Positions 19,502 through 32,918 of a stretch of DNA of 46,435 bases are shown in pieces. Below the pieces are notes generated by a model, which had not been told where the DNA came from, made no database searches, and saw nothing but the letters and a program-made list of their open reading frames with translations. The stretch spans positions 1-46,435 of the forward strand of contig CACZBB010000057.1 in assembly GCA_902779245.1 (NCBI GenBank), written 5' to 3'. Numbering within the stretch: the first letter of the stretch is position 1; each line of letters begins with the position of its first letter. Made by a program: the position numbers and the translations under genes. Source of the DNA: an uncultured Lachnospiraceae bacterium. Lineage in GTDB: Bacteria; Bacillota; Clostridia; Lachnospirales; Lachnospiraceae.

Positions 19502-19560
19502 GTTCGCACCCGAGCCGGACACTCGCCCTAAAGGACTGGCTGCGCTTCGCTGTCCGGCTG
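19502..19560. repeat. REP-like family 2, copy 2
   Basis: AGCCGGACA-ctcgccctaaaggactggctgcgcttcgc-TGTCCGGCT; core nearly identical to the reverse complement of 12764-12818. Confidence 0.85.
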
Positions 19561-19664
19561 AGGACTGGAGATAGGGTAGAGGGAGGCGAACGCCGACCTC
19601 TGCCCCGTATCGCGAGCCGCGTGCTGCCGAAGGCAGCTTTCCTTACGCGGCTCTGTGAATATAA

Positions 19665-19699
19665 AACAGCCTGAGATGAATCGTCCATCTCAGGCTGTT
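19665..19699 (-). terminator. Terminator-like hairpin after the PAP2 gene
   Basis: AACAGCCTGAGATG...CATCTCAGGCTGTT, 14-bp stem, T-run on minus strand. Confidence 0.75.
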
Positions 19700-19715
19700 C
19701 GATGATCGAACGCGA

Positions 19716-20618
19716 TTACCGTTTCCGTTCAAACAAAGGAAAAATCTTCGGATACACGCCCATGATCAGAAACATGATGACCGTATATCTGGCCGTTCGG
19801 ATCAGCAAGGCACCGAGGCTGGCGCTCGCAAGAAAATCCTTGTTGAACGGCATCTTAAGCAGCGTGTTCAGTCCGAAATAGATGATAAAAGCCCCCGCCG
19901 TGCGCAGGATCATCGCCAGAGGATTCCGGGTATCCTGATAATTGACAAATCTGCGCTCAAAGGCAATCGCCGCGATGGCTCCGATCATCAGTCCAAGCGA
20001 GGTATAATAATCCTCCGTACGGACAAAGAACAGTCCCGGCAAGGCTGTGCCCAGCAGGATCAGATGGCGTACCCATTCTTTCCTGACCACCCGTTCAAGC
20101 AGGGCAAAAATCCCGATCACCGCAAAACCCAGCGCCCAGCCGGCCAGAACATCCGTCGGATAATGGTTGCCGGTCACAACGCGGGAAATCCCGACCAGAA
20201 GTATTAACGCGACCGCCAGAATCCAGAACCATTTCTTTTTGATCTCACGAGCCAGTGAGATATACGACGCGGTGCTCGAGCCGCTGTGCATACTTGGGAA
20301 AGAATACCCCTGCGCGGCAACATTTGTCAGCGCCGCCTTTGTATCCACCGGCGACAAAGCCTTCACCCTTTCCGGATATTCCACGTAGGGCCGCGGCCGC
20401 TTCACAACGGCCTTGATCATCGCGAACCATACGTGCAGCGCCGCGATGATCAGCGCAAGCCTCTGCCCGGCTTCCTTCTTCCAGCAGAAAAGCACGATCA
20501 CCAGCAAGATCATCAGACCATACTCTCCGCCGATAAACGCAAAAACACTCCCCAAAGCCTTGCCGATGCCGCCAAGATTGCTCTGCATCGATTCAATAAT
20601 GCCTGCTTCCCATTCCAT
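19716..20618 (-). CDS. PAP2-family membrane phosphatase
   Basis: K.....RPRP, SFPSMH, SRV..G.HYPTDV motifs; multiple TMs. Confidence 0.9.
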   Translation of the reverse strand: MEWEAGIIESMQSNLGGIGKALGSVFAFIGGEYGLMILLVIVLFCWKKEAGQRLALIIAALHVWFAMIKAVVKRPRPYVEYPERVKALSPVDTKAALTNVAAQGYSFPSMHSGSSTASYISLAREIKKKWFWILAVALILLVGISRVVTGNHYPTDVLAGWALGFAVIGIFALLERVVRKEWVRHLILLGTALPGLFFVRTEDYYTSLGLMIGAIAAIAFERRFVNYQDTRNPLAMILRTAGAFIIYFGLNTLLKMPFNKDFLASASLGALLIRTARYTVIMFLIMGVYPKIFPLFERKR

Positions 20619-20870
20619 CCTGATTTTCCTCGTCTTAATCTTGCTCTGAGTTATGAAGCTTCCCGCCGTGAAGCCTGGTGTGGGAAGTTTTCGCTGCCAC
20701 TCAATATCATATCCGATCTTTGACCCGACTGCAACAAAAATACGCGAAATATCGAACGAAATGAACCGTAGCGAACAGAAAAATACCATCGTTAACGATA
20801 ACTCCGTAATCTTGAATATCTGTCCTTTTTAATATAAAATTAAACTTAAACCATAGGAAGAGGAATAATT

Positions 20871-21462
20871 ATGAACACACGAAGAAACCTGCTGCGCAGC
20901 CTGCTGCTAGCGCCTGTCCGCACTCGCCCCGTGTATCGCGCACGCGGAGGGCGAGGATGGCATTCAGAACGTTCCGACCTGGGCGGATTTGCAGGAAGAA
21001 ATTACAAATGCCGAAAGCGGAGCCACCATCTTCCTGGCCAATGACTATGTGGCCGATTCGGAGGATACCGCGCTTGTTATCCCTTCCGGGAAAACCATCA
21101 CGCTGCAGCTGAATGGCCACGTGATCGACCGAAATCTGGTGGAGGCGGCCGAGGGCGGCAACGTCATCAACAACAACGGAATCCTGACAATAGACGGCAG
21201 CGGAACCATCCGGGGAGGCTTCAACAGCGGCAGCGGCGGCGCATTTGTCAACTACGGGAGGATGAGCATTGGGGAGAATGGGTATGTCACCATCTCCCGC
21301 AACAACGCCGCGGGCAACGGCGGCGGCGTCTGGAATGGCATGTTTACAGACTTCGAGGCGCATGGCTCCGCGAATTATAACGGGAAGCTGACGGTCTGCA
21401 ACGGCAGCATTGTGGAAAACACCGCGGAAGGAATGGCGCTAAATAGCGCCAGGGACTTGTGA
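20871..21462 (+). pseudogene. Frameshifted, truncated secreted beta-helix/adhesin-like protein remnant
   Basis: RBS and ATG at 20871 give a signal-peptide start that shifts frame into LSALAPCIAHA-EGED...; 'ITLQLNGH' and 'NNAAGNGGGV' Gly/Asn repeats; ends abruptly. Confidence 0.6.
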
Positions 21463-21510
21463 TCCATGGCGCCATGTAATGAAAATGGATGTTATCGGAT
21501 AAAGTTCGTG

Positions 21511-23357
21511 TTATGAAATGGCTTCCTGGCCCACAGTATACGACCATTTCCCGTCGGCATTTTTTTGAGCAGTGCACTGACCAAAGAAATAGGCACCTAA
21601 CCCACTGCGCCATTTTTGCGCATCAAACTCTGTATGTTCCGGAGTTGAATCGCCATCTTCATTTGTCTTTATTGAGAAGAACAACCCATCTTCCCAATAG
21701 AGGTTCTCCTTATCAATATAACCCTGTTCGCAAAGTTCCTCCCATGTTCCTGCGATATACGGATGATTATGCTTTGATGCAAATTCATGCATTACTGTTT
21801 CTTTTTCCAGTTCAGTCAAGTGAGAAAGCTCAGACAAATCGATACCAATCTGAGATATTCCGTGATTCAACCCGGAATCAACATTCCATAAATCTTCTAG
21901 TACATCCAAATACAACGCACAGACATCTGTTCGGATATCTATGGTAACACTTCCCGGATCATCGACACCCTTGTCCCATAACTGAAGATCCGAAGCCCGG
22001 TACATTTTCATTCCCAGACCCAAGTACGGACGCAAAAGAGTGATGGTCGCGACCTCACCATTTTTCTGTTCGATAATAAGGTAGTCCGGGTCGCCGTCGC
22101 CAATTTCCTCCGACGAGGTCACCTGCTGCAAATCGTTGGGAAGTTCATGGAGGGCCAAGACGACGTTTTCCAAGGCTTCTCCCTCCAAGCGACGGACGGT
22201 AAATGGCGGATATTCGGAATATTTCCAGATTGCACGGATATTCTGCACGGAAAGTTTTTGGAAATAGGGGATGGTAAAATCATCTCGCAGCCCGGAACGC
22301 AAAAGCTCCTGAACTTCGGCAGCCTCCGCCCCATCGCCCTGTTGATGCAAATCCTCCGTCCTTTCCGTCAGACCACTGTCCCTTGCGGCGGTCATGGCGG
22401 GCGCTTTATTGGGGGAATTGGTCAAAAAACAAATTGCGAGTATCACTACAAGAATACCTGCTGCCATAATGATCCAAAACTTCGGGCGTTTGTATTGCAG
22501 GACAGCCTTTACCCTTCCTTTCACGCCGTTCCCGCCGAAGGCCAGCGGGAAGGTAACGCCTGGCTTTCCCTGAAAACCCAGCTTCAGAAGGACCTCCGAA
22601 TAGGCGGCCCGCCCTTCCCGGTCCATGTCGCGGATGACCCGCTCATCGCAGGCGCCCTCGATGTCCCGGCTAAAGAGGACATACGAAAGCCAGCACAGCG
22701 GATTAAACCAGTGGAGGGAGAGGGCCATGAAGCCAAGCGGCTTCCACCAGTGGTCACGGCGGCAAATGTGCGCCCGCTCATGCCGAAGGCAGAGCGATAG
22801 CGTCTGCCCTCCCATCGACGACGGGACATAAATGACCGGGCGGAAGATGCCCAAGACAAATGGTGACGAAATCTCATCGCACGCCCTGACATTTTCAAAA
22901 AGCACGACCGACGCAGCCACCGTTCTTTTGAGTTTTACATATCTGCCAAATGCATAGGCAGCCATTCCGACAAAGCCTGCCAGCCACAAACAGGCCAGAA
23001 CTCCTTAGAATCTGCATTTTCCTCCTTCGAAGCCGCATTTGCCTCTATTCTTGCAAATGCAGCCTCGTTATATCCGGCACCTTCCCGTCCGGAAGGCGGC
23101 TGGCAGGCTTTCCCGTTGTTAGAATCAGGAACAGCTTCTTGCACCGGAATCTCCCCCACAGCTGCCTGGGAAGGAAGCCAGCTGAGGGTACTCTCCACGG
23201 AAAGCGGACACAGGAGCCTTACAAAAACAAGCCCCCACAATAGGCAGACGGCCCATTTAGGCGCTCTCCTTATGAGCATCCGCACGGCGAGGACGGCCAG
23301 GATCAGCCAGCTCGCCTTCACGCTCATGTTTAAAATCTGCAGAAAGACAGCTCTCAT
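21511..23357 (-). pseudogene. BlaR1/M56 family membrane metallopeptidase-sensor, frameshifted near 23000
   Basis: N-terminal 'FLQILNMS..ASWLIL' (22935-23357) and 'SPFVLG..P.IY.P', HERAH, 'HWFNP', 'E.ACD' (21511-22989) lie in different frames. Confidence 0.85.
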
Positions 23358-23495
23358 CTCTTTTTCTCCTTTCTATCTCCGTCAGAGATCGTCTACCGGA
23401 AAGCAGCAGGCACGCTCCCTCTCTGCCAGTAAATGCATATCCCAGAAGCCTAAGGAAAGCCGCATTACAGGCAAAATCGGAAACTTTCCTCCCCC

Positions 23496-23870
23496 TCAGC
23501 CATTCTCCCGGAACGAGTCGATCATCTTCTGGATTTCCGCCGCCTCTTCCTGGGAGAGGCTTTTTTTCGAGATAAAGGCCGCAACAAATGCAGGCAGGGA
23601 ACCCTTGAAGGATTCTTCGACCACCTGCTCGCTTTTTGTGGAATAATACTCCTTTTGCGAGACGATGGAGGACACGATGCCGTCCTCGTTCCTCAAAAGC
23701 CCCTTCTCGCAGAGCTTCCGCAGCACCGTATAGGTCGTCGGCCTCTTCCATTTCAGCTCACTCGCGCAAAGCTTCGCCAGCTCGCCGGAAGCAATCGGCT
23801 CGTTCGCCCATACAATATCCGCAAATCGTTCCTGCACCGCCCCAAGTTCAAAATTCTTCATAAAAGCCAC
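23496..23870 (-). CDS. BlaI/MecI/CopY family repressor
   Basis: 'IVW..EP', 'WKRPTTYTVLRKLCEKG', 'F.GSLPAFVAAF', 'LS.EE..EI'. Confidence 0.92.
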   Translation of the reverse strand: MAFMKNFELGAVQERFADIVWANEPIASGELAKLCASELKWKRPTTYTVLRKLCEKGLLRNEDGIVSSIVSQKEYYSTKSEQVVEESFKGSLPAFVAAFISKKSLSQEEAAEIQKMIDSFRENG

Positions 23871-23891
23871 CAGCCTTCCTTGTTTATTCCT

Positions 23892-23935
23892 ATAAACTAC
23901 GCTTTCAGTTTATCGCAATAGACTATTTTTGTCAA
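23892..23935 (-). promoter_or_regulatory. Sigma-A promoter with overlapping inverted-repeat operator for blaI-M56
   Basis: Minus strand TTGACA-17-TAAACT; ATAAACT-N8-AGTTTAT (23892-23913) overlaps the -10. Confidence 0.7.
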
Positions 23936-24221
23936 GCCCTTTTGAGACATTTTTCTTCCGTCCCAAAATCGAAAAAAAATCTATCAGTTTTGAAATGATG
24001 AGAATTATAGAAAGCGTGAAAACGCGCAGCTCACACGAAGTGTGATTTCTGGGTTTGGGATGTGTTCCCAACAAGCGCATAGACGATTTTTGCAAGAAGC
24101 GTCCATCTGGACCCTGCTTGCAAATTAGCGAACCCTTACGGGTTTGCCCTGCTTGCCAGGTACTGAAACCATGGCAAGCAGTTACGTTGACGCGAAAAAC
24201 CGTCAACAGGTTTCGGGTGGA

Positions 24222-24250
24222 TTGACAGTAGAAAAGCGTGCTGGTACAAT
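24222..24250 (+). promoter_or_regulatory. Near-consensus sigma-A promoter
   Basis: TTGACA-17 nt-TACAAT with TG extended -10. Confidence 0.75.
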
Positions 24251-24255
24251 ATCGG

Positions 24256-24490
24256 TGGTCCTGAAAAGGAATATGTATGAGGGATCAGATTTGTCTGATT
24301 CGTTGATCGGTTCCCGTCCCTGAGATTGCCGGGTTCCGATATGGTATCTGTCTGATAGGGATGGATACGGTAAGGCTGCATCAGGGCGGCCGTCGGCTGT
24401 TTTATAGCCGGGTTACATAGAAACATATCAGCAAGGGCGGGCTTCCATGCTCGTCTGTTGGTGCGTTTCTATGTGACCCGGCTCTTTTTT
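24256..24490 (+). ncRNA. Putative structured leader or sRNA ending in a long G.U-rich hairpin terminator
   Basis: Lies downstream of the promoter with no credible ORF; ~35-bp hairpin 24406-24483 followed by CTTTTTT. Confidence 0.5.
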
Positions 24491-24525
24491 GTCCGGAACA
24501 TTCAAAAAGAAGGAGAACAACCAAA

Positions 24526-24789
24526 ATGAGAAACGTAAAAAACAACGAAGCCGGTCACATCGTGGTGAAGAACATTTCGGCCTTCTGGATCCCGGAGATC
24601 AAGGTCGAACGAGAGATCCACGGAACCGTCTACACCGTCACCGGCAGCTATGAAGGAACGGAACTTCCCAACCGGAAACTCACCCGCATCCTGCTGAAAA
24701 ATGTGGAGGATGATTCTTATCAGCAGCCCGCAGCCGGACAGCGAGTGTCCGGCTCGGGTGTGAACCCTCGCATTCACTGCGATAAATAA
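24526..24789 (+). CDS. TnpW-like small transposon/ICE-associated protein
   Basis: AAGGAG RBS; 'REIHGTVYTVTGSY.G....KL.RIL' resembles the TnpW family pattern; tail runs into a repeat. Confidence 0.55.
   Translation: MRNVKNNEAGHIVVKNISAFWIPEIKVEREIHGTVYTVTGSYEGTELPNRKLTRILLKNVEDDSYQQPAAGQRVSGSGVNPRIHCDK
24727..24765. repeat. REP-like family 2, internally deleted copy
   Basis: AGCCGGACA-gcgag-TGTCCGGCTCGGGTGTGAAC matches the reverse complement of 19502-19560 minus its 24-nt core. Confidence 0.8.
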
Positions 24790-24946
24790 GGGGCTGTCGC
24801 ATTGAGCTTTTCGACGACGAAATATGGTTCGTATCCGCAAAGGATACCGGCATATTTCGTGGCTCGAATGCTTTGTGTGACAGTCCCTTGATCTTATGCG
24901 GGTTGATTCGAATGAATTCCTTCGTTACAAGTCACTTCCGCGCCGC

Positions 24947-27900
24947 TCACTCCGCGTCGATCGTGGAAACGCCCATCGTGACCTCCTCCAACACATCGAG
25001 GAGGAGCCGCACGGTATCGAGTGAGGTCAGCATGGTGATGTTGTTCTGGGCCGCGCACCTTCGGATCGCGAGGCCGTCGCCGTAGTGTACGCCGGAAAGA
25101 ATGGCCCGGGTGTTGATGACATAGCTCACGTACCCGGCGCGGAGGGAATCGAGCACCTCCTCACTGCCCTCGCTGGGCTTTTTCCGGATCCTTGTCCGGA
25201 TCCCCCGCGAGCGCAGAACCTCTCCGGTAAGGCTCGTCGCTTCAATATTAAAGCCCATCCGGTAAAAACGCTCGATGAGGGGGACTGTCTCTTCCTTGTC
25301 CTCGTCCGCGACGCTGACCAGGACGGTTCCGTAGTTGCGGAGGGTAAGCCCGGCCGCGGTCATCGCCTTGTACGCGGCCCGGTGGAGCTTTTGATCATAC
25401 CCGATCGCCTCGCCGGTAGACTTCATCTCCGGCGAAAGATACGCGTCCATTCCCCGGAGCTTCGAGAAGGAAAAGGCCGGCACCTTTACATAGTATCTCT
25501 TTTTTTCCTCCGGGCAGCGGACGTGGATACCCTGTTCCCGGAGGGAGATCCCGAGCATTGCCAGCGTTCCGATATCCGCAAGGGAATATCCGGTCGCCTT
25601 GGACAAAAACGGCACGGTCCGCGAGGAGCGCGGGTTCACCTCGATCACATAGACCTTCTCCCGGCCGTCGACGATGAACTGGATATTGAAAAGCCCGACG
25701 ATGCCGATCCCGAGACCGAGCCGCTCTGTGTAATCCAGGATCGTCCGTTTTACCGCTGCCGAAAGACTGTACGAGGGATAGACGCTAATGGAGTCCCCGG
25801 AATGAACGCCGGTGCGCTCAACGAGCTCCATGATGCCCGGCACAAAAACGCGTTCCCCGTCGCAGACCGCGTCCACCTCCACCTCCTTGCCGCGAATGTA
25901 TTTGTCGACAAGGACCGGCCGCTTCTCGTCGATCTGAACGGCCGTGCGCAGATAGTCCCACATCGACGCCTCCTTTGCGACGATCTGCATCGCGCGGCCG
26001 CCGAGAACGAAGCTCGGGCGGACAAGCACCGGATAGCCGATCCGCCGCGCGGCCTCAATGCCTTCCTCTATGCCCGTCACCGCCTCGCCTGTCGGCTGCG
26101 GGATCCGCAGCGCAAGAAGAAGCCTTTCAAAGGAATCACGGTTCTCCGCGCGGTCGATGGCCTCACAGCCGGTTCCGATGATCCGGACGCCCCGCGCGCC
26201 GAGGGGCTCCGCGAGGTTCACGGCGGTCTGCCCGCCCAGCGTCGCGATCACGCCCTCCGGCTTTTCAAGAAGGACGATGTTCATCACATCCTCCACGGTC
26301 AGCGGCTCGAAATACAGCTTGTCCGAACAGGTGTAATCCGTCGAGACCGTCTCCGGATTATTGTTGATAATGATTGCCTCGAAGCCGGCCCGCCGAATCG
26401 TCTGCACGGCGTGGACGGTGGAATAGTCAAATTCCACGCCCTGGCCGATGCGGATCGGCCCGGAGCCGAGGACGATGATCTTCCGCCTCTTTGAAACGAC
26501 GGATTCATTTTCCTCCTCATAGCAGGCGTAAAAGTACGGGATGTAGCTGTCGAATTCCGAAGCGCAGGTATCAATCATCTTGTATACAGGCTTTATCCCG
26601 TGCGCCGCGCGCCGCCGGAAGATCTCCTCCTCCGTTTCCTTCCAGAGGACGGCGATCTCCCTGTCCGAGAAGCCCATTCTCTTGGCATTGGCCAGTGCCG
26701 TCGGATTCCCCGCATTTGCCGAAAGCGTCTGCTCCATCGCCACGATGTTTCGGATCTTCCGCAGGAAAAAACGGTCGATGCAGGTCGCAGTGGCCAGGGG
26801 ATCGACTTCACCGCCGCGGCGGAAGTATTCCGCGATCGCGTAAATGCGGTCGTCCGTGCCGATTTTTGTATATTCAAGGAGCTCGTCCGCGCTCCAGGAC
26901 GCGAATTTCGGCAGGCGGATGTGAAAAGCGCCGATCTCCAGCGACCGGATGCCCTTGAGCAGGCTCTCTTCAAATGTCCGCCCGACGCTCATGGCTTCTC
27001 CCGTGGCTTTCATTTGCGTGGAAAGCGCGTTGCTCGCGTCCGCGAATTTGTCAAATGGAAATCTCGGGAGCTTGGTGACGACGTAGTCGAGAGCCGGCTC
27101 GAAGGCTGCCGGGGTATTGGCGATCCGGATCTCTTCGAGGGTCAGGCCGATGCCGATCTTCGCGGAGACCCGCGCAATGGGGTAACCGCTCGCCTTCGAG
27201 GCGAGCGCCGAGGAGCGCGAGACGCGGGGGTTCACCTCGATGAGATAATATTGGAAGGAATTCGGGTCGAGGGCGAACTGGACGTTGCAGCCGCCCTCGA
27301 TCTTCAGGGCCCGGATGATCCGCAGGGCGCTGTCGCGGAGCATCTGGTACTCCTTATTGGTCAGCGTCTGGGAGGGGCAGACAACGATGGAATCGCCGGT
27401 GTGAATCCCGACCGGGTCGAGGTTTTCCATGTTGCAGACCGTGATCGCGGTGTCGCGCGCGTCCCGGATGACCTCGTACTCGATCTCCTTCCAGCCCTTG
27501 ACGCTCTTTTCCACGAGCACCTGCCGCACCAGTGAAAGCTCCAGCGCGTTTTTCATTATGGCCGCGCAATCCTCCGGGCCGTCGGCAAAGCCACCGCCCG
27601 TGCCCCCCAGGGTGAAGGCCGGGCGGAGGACGACCGGGTAGCCGATGTCGGCCGCTGCCGCGAGGCCCTCCTCCACGGAGGTCGCGGTCTCGGACGGGAG
27701 GGTGGGCTCGCCGAGTCGAGCGCAAAGCTCCTTAAACTGCTCCCGGTCCTCGGCCATCTCGATGGACTCACTTTTCGTTCCGAGAAGCTCCGCGCGGCAT
27801 TCCGCGAGTATTCCCTTTTTTTCGAGCTGCATCGCAAGGTTGAGGCCGGTCTGGCCGCCGATTCCGGGCAGGATCGCGTCCGGGCGCTCGTAGCGAAGAA

Positions 27901-28129
27901 CCTTCGCGAGATACTCCAGCGTCAGCGGCTCCATGTAGACCTTGTCCGCGATGGCCGTGTCGGTCATGATCGTCGCCGGGTTGGAGTTGCAGAGGATCAC
28001 CTCATACCCCTCCTCCTTCAGCGCGAGGCAGGCCTGCGTTCCCGCATAGTCAAATTCCGCCGCCTGGCCGATGACGATCGGCCCCGACCCGATCACGAGA
28101 ATCTTCTTCAAATCCGTTCTTTTGGGCAT
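24947..28129 (-). CDS. carB: Carbamoyl-phosphate synthase large subunit
   Basis: MPKRTD..KILVIGSGPIVIGQAAEFDY; duplicated ATP-grasp domains; IEVNPR; MGS-like tail. Confidence 0.98.
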   Translation of the reverse strand: MPKRTDLKKILVIGSGPIVIGQAAEFDYAGTQACLALKEEGYEVILCNSNPATIMTDTAIADKVYMEPLTLEYLAKVLRYERPDAILPGIGGQTGLNLAMQLEKKGILAECRAELLGTKSESIEMAEDREQFKELCARLGEPTLPSETATSVEEGLAAAADIGYPVVLRPAFTLGGTGGGFADGPEDCAAIMKNALELSLVRQVLVEKSVKGWKEIEYEVIRDARDTAITVCNMENLDPVGIHTGDSIVVCPSQTLTNKEYQMLRDSALRIIRALKIEGGCNVQFALDPNSFQYYLIEVNPRVSRSSALASKASGYPIARVSAKIGIGLTLEEIRIANTPAAFEPALDYVVTKLPRFPFDKFADASNALSTQMKATGEAMSVGRTFEESLLKGIRSLEIGAFHIRLPKFASWSADELLEYTKIGTDDRIYAIAEYFRRGGEVDPLATATCIDRFFLRKIRNIVAMEQTLSANAGNPTALANAKRMGFSDREIAVLWKETEEEIFRRRAAHGIKPVYKMIDTCASEFDSYIPYFYACYEEENESVVSKRRKIIVLGSGPIRIGQGVEFDYSTVHAVQTIRRAGFEAIIINNNPETVSTDYTCSDKLYFEPLTVEDVMNIVLLEKPEGVIATLGGQTAVNLAEPLGARGVRIIGTGCEAIDRAENRDSFERLLLALRIPQPTGEAVTGIEEGIEAARRIGYPVLVRPSFVLGGRAMQIVAKEASMWDYLRTAVQIDEKRPVLVDKYIRGKEVEVDAVCDGERVFVPGIMELVERTGVHSGDSISVYPSYSLSAAVKRTILDYTERLGLGIGIVGLFNIQFIVDGREKVYVIEVNPRSSRTVPFLSKATGYSLADIGTLAMLGISLREQGIHVRCPEEKKRYYVKVPAFSFSKLRGMDAYLSPEMKSTGEAIGYDQKLHRAAYKAMTAAGLTLRNYGTVLVSVADEDKEETVPLIERFYRMGFNIEATSLTGEVLRSRGIRTRIRKKPSEGSEEVLDSLRAGYVSYVINTRAILSGVHYGDGLAIRRCAAQNNITMLTSLDTVRLLLDVLEEVTMGVSTIDAE

Positions 28130-28152
28130 GATGATCCAGCTCCTTTTCTCTT

Positions 28153-28318
28153 TTCGGACAAAAGGCCCGGTTTAGGGTATTTGCGTCCGAGCTGCACGGC
28201 CTATTTCCGATCCGGCCTCGGACGAAAGGCCCGGGTTTCGGCAATTGCGTACGAGCCTCGCGAAAAGCTCCCGATCCGGCCTCGGACGAAAGGCCCGGGT
28301 TTCGGCGGTTTCGTCGAA
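28153..28318. repeat. 64-nt-period intergenic tandem repeat between carA and carB
   Basis: 36-nt CCGATCCGGCCTCGGACGAAAGGCCCGGGTTTCGGC at 28207 and 28271, degenerate partial copy upstream. Confidence 0.85.
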
Positions 28319-28319
28319 A

Positions 28320-29492
28320 TTATAGCTTGCTTTGGCATGACCTGCAGCTTCGCAAAAACCGTTCAAAAAGGTGGGCACCATCCCGCGGGCCGGGAGCACT
28401 TTCCGGGTGATACTGCACGCTGAAAGCCCGGTCCTTTTCGCAGGAAACGCCCTCCACGGTACAATCGAGGAGATTTCTGTGCGTCACGGCCAGCGGAGTC
28501 CCCCGAAGGCTTTCCTCGTCCACCGCGTAAGAGTGGTTTTGGGACGTAATCTCGATTCGTCCCGTCGTCAGATCCTTCACGGGATGATTCCCGCCCCGAT
28601 GGCCGAATTTCAGCTTGTAGGTTCTCGCCCCGTAGGCAAGCGATAGAATCTGATGACCCAGGCAGATACCGAAGATCGGATACTCACCCAATAACTCGCG
28701 GACGGTCGCGATCGTTTCCGGTACGTCCGTCGGGTCGCCGGGTCCGTTGGACACAAAGATACCGTCCGGGTGAAGCTCCCGGATCTTCTCGGCGGTCGTG
28801 TTCCAGGGCACGACCGTCACACGGCAGCCACGCATAACCAGCGAGCGCACGATATTGGCCTTCATCCCGCAGTCGATGGCCGCAATATGAAGTGTCTCTT
28901 CCTTTTTGCATGACATTTCCGTATTGATTTCCGTTCCGCCCGCTTCCGCTGTCCCGAGACCTTCGTTACCCGGTTCAGCTGTCCATATTTCTTTACAGCT
29001 GACTCTTGACACCGCATCCTTCGGCGAAACGTATGCCCGAAGCTTTGTCATCGCTTCCGAAAGGGGCGTGTCCGCATCTGTCAGCAATGCTTTACGGCTT
29101 CCCTGATCGCGGATCGACCGGGCAAGCTTCCTTGTGTCCACACCAAAAATCCCCGCGATGCCGTATCCCCGCATGACTTCTCCGAGCGTCTTTTCCGCGC
29201 GAAAATTCGAGGGCTCGTCGTTATATTCATGAACGATGAGCGCCCCGATCGTCGGTGTCTCCGTCTCGTAATCGTCCGCCGCCATCCCATAGTTCCCGAT
29301 GAGCGGATAGGTCATAACCACCGCCTGATCCGTATAGGAAGGATCCGAGAGGATTTCCTGATACCCGACCATGGAGGTGTTGAAAACAATTTCCAGGATT
29401 TTTTCCCTTATCGCGCCAAAGGATCGGCCCAAAAAAACCTGCCCATCCTCCAAAACGATCTTTCTGTCCATATTTCCCGTCATCGCAAGCAT
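28320..29492 (-). CDS. carA: Carbamoyl-phosphate synthase small subunit
   Basis: FNTSMVGYQE..SDPSY, SNGPGDP, GICLGHQ, GHRG.NHP, QYHPE. Confidence 0.97.
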   Translation of the reverse strand: MLAMTGNMDRKIVLEDGQVFLGRSFGAIREKILEIVFNTSMVGYQEILSDPSYTDQAVVMTYPLIGNYGMAADDYETETPTIGALIVHEYNDEPSNFRAEKTLGEVMRGYGIAGIFGVDTRKLARSIRDQGSRKALLTDADTPLSEAMTKLRAYVSPKDAVSRVSCKEIWTAEPGNEGLGTAEAGGTEINTEMSCKKEETLHIAAIDCGMKANIVRSLVMRGCRVTVVPWNTTAEKIRELHPDGIFVSNGPGDPTDVPETIATVRELLGEYPIFGICLGHQILSLAYGARTYKLKFGHRGGNHPVKDLTTGRIEITSQNHSYAVDEESLRGTPLAVTHRNLLDCTVEGVSCEKDRAFSVQYHPESAPGPRDGAHLFERFLRSCRSCQSKL

Positions 29493-29506
29493 CCTCCTCC
29501 ACGCCG

Positions 29507-32870
<3,364 letters not shown>

Positions 32871-32918
32871 ATCCGGCCTTCCTTTCTACGTCTGCAATTG
32901 CTCCAAAAACCTCCACGC

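Noticed and set aside
23358-23495. Degenerate second M56 start between blaI and the M56 gene
   Set aside because: Only a faint resemblance (AAFLRLLG vs AVFLQILN); too weak to support.
21511-23870. Beta-lactam resistance locus (blaI/blaR/blaZ)
   Set aside because: No beta-lactamase gene, no penicillin-binding sensor domain, and the M56 gene is frameshifted.
28207-28306. CRISPR mini-array (36-nt repeats, 28-nt spacer)
   Set aside because: Only two exact copies; the intervening segments resemble each other (GCGT.CGAGC); no leader or cas genes. A tandem duplication explains it better.
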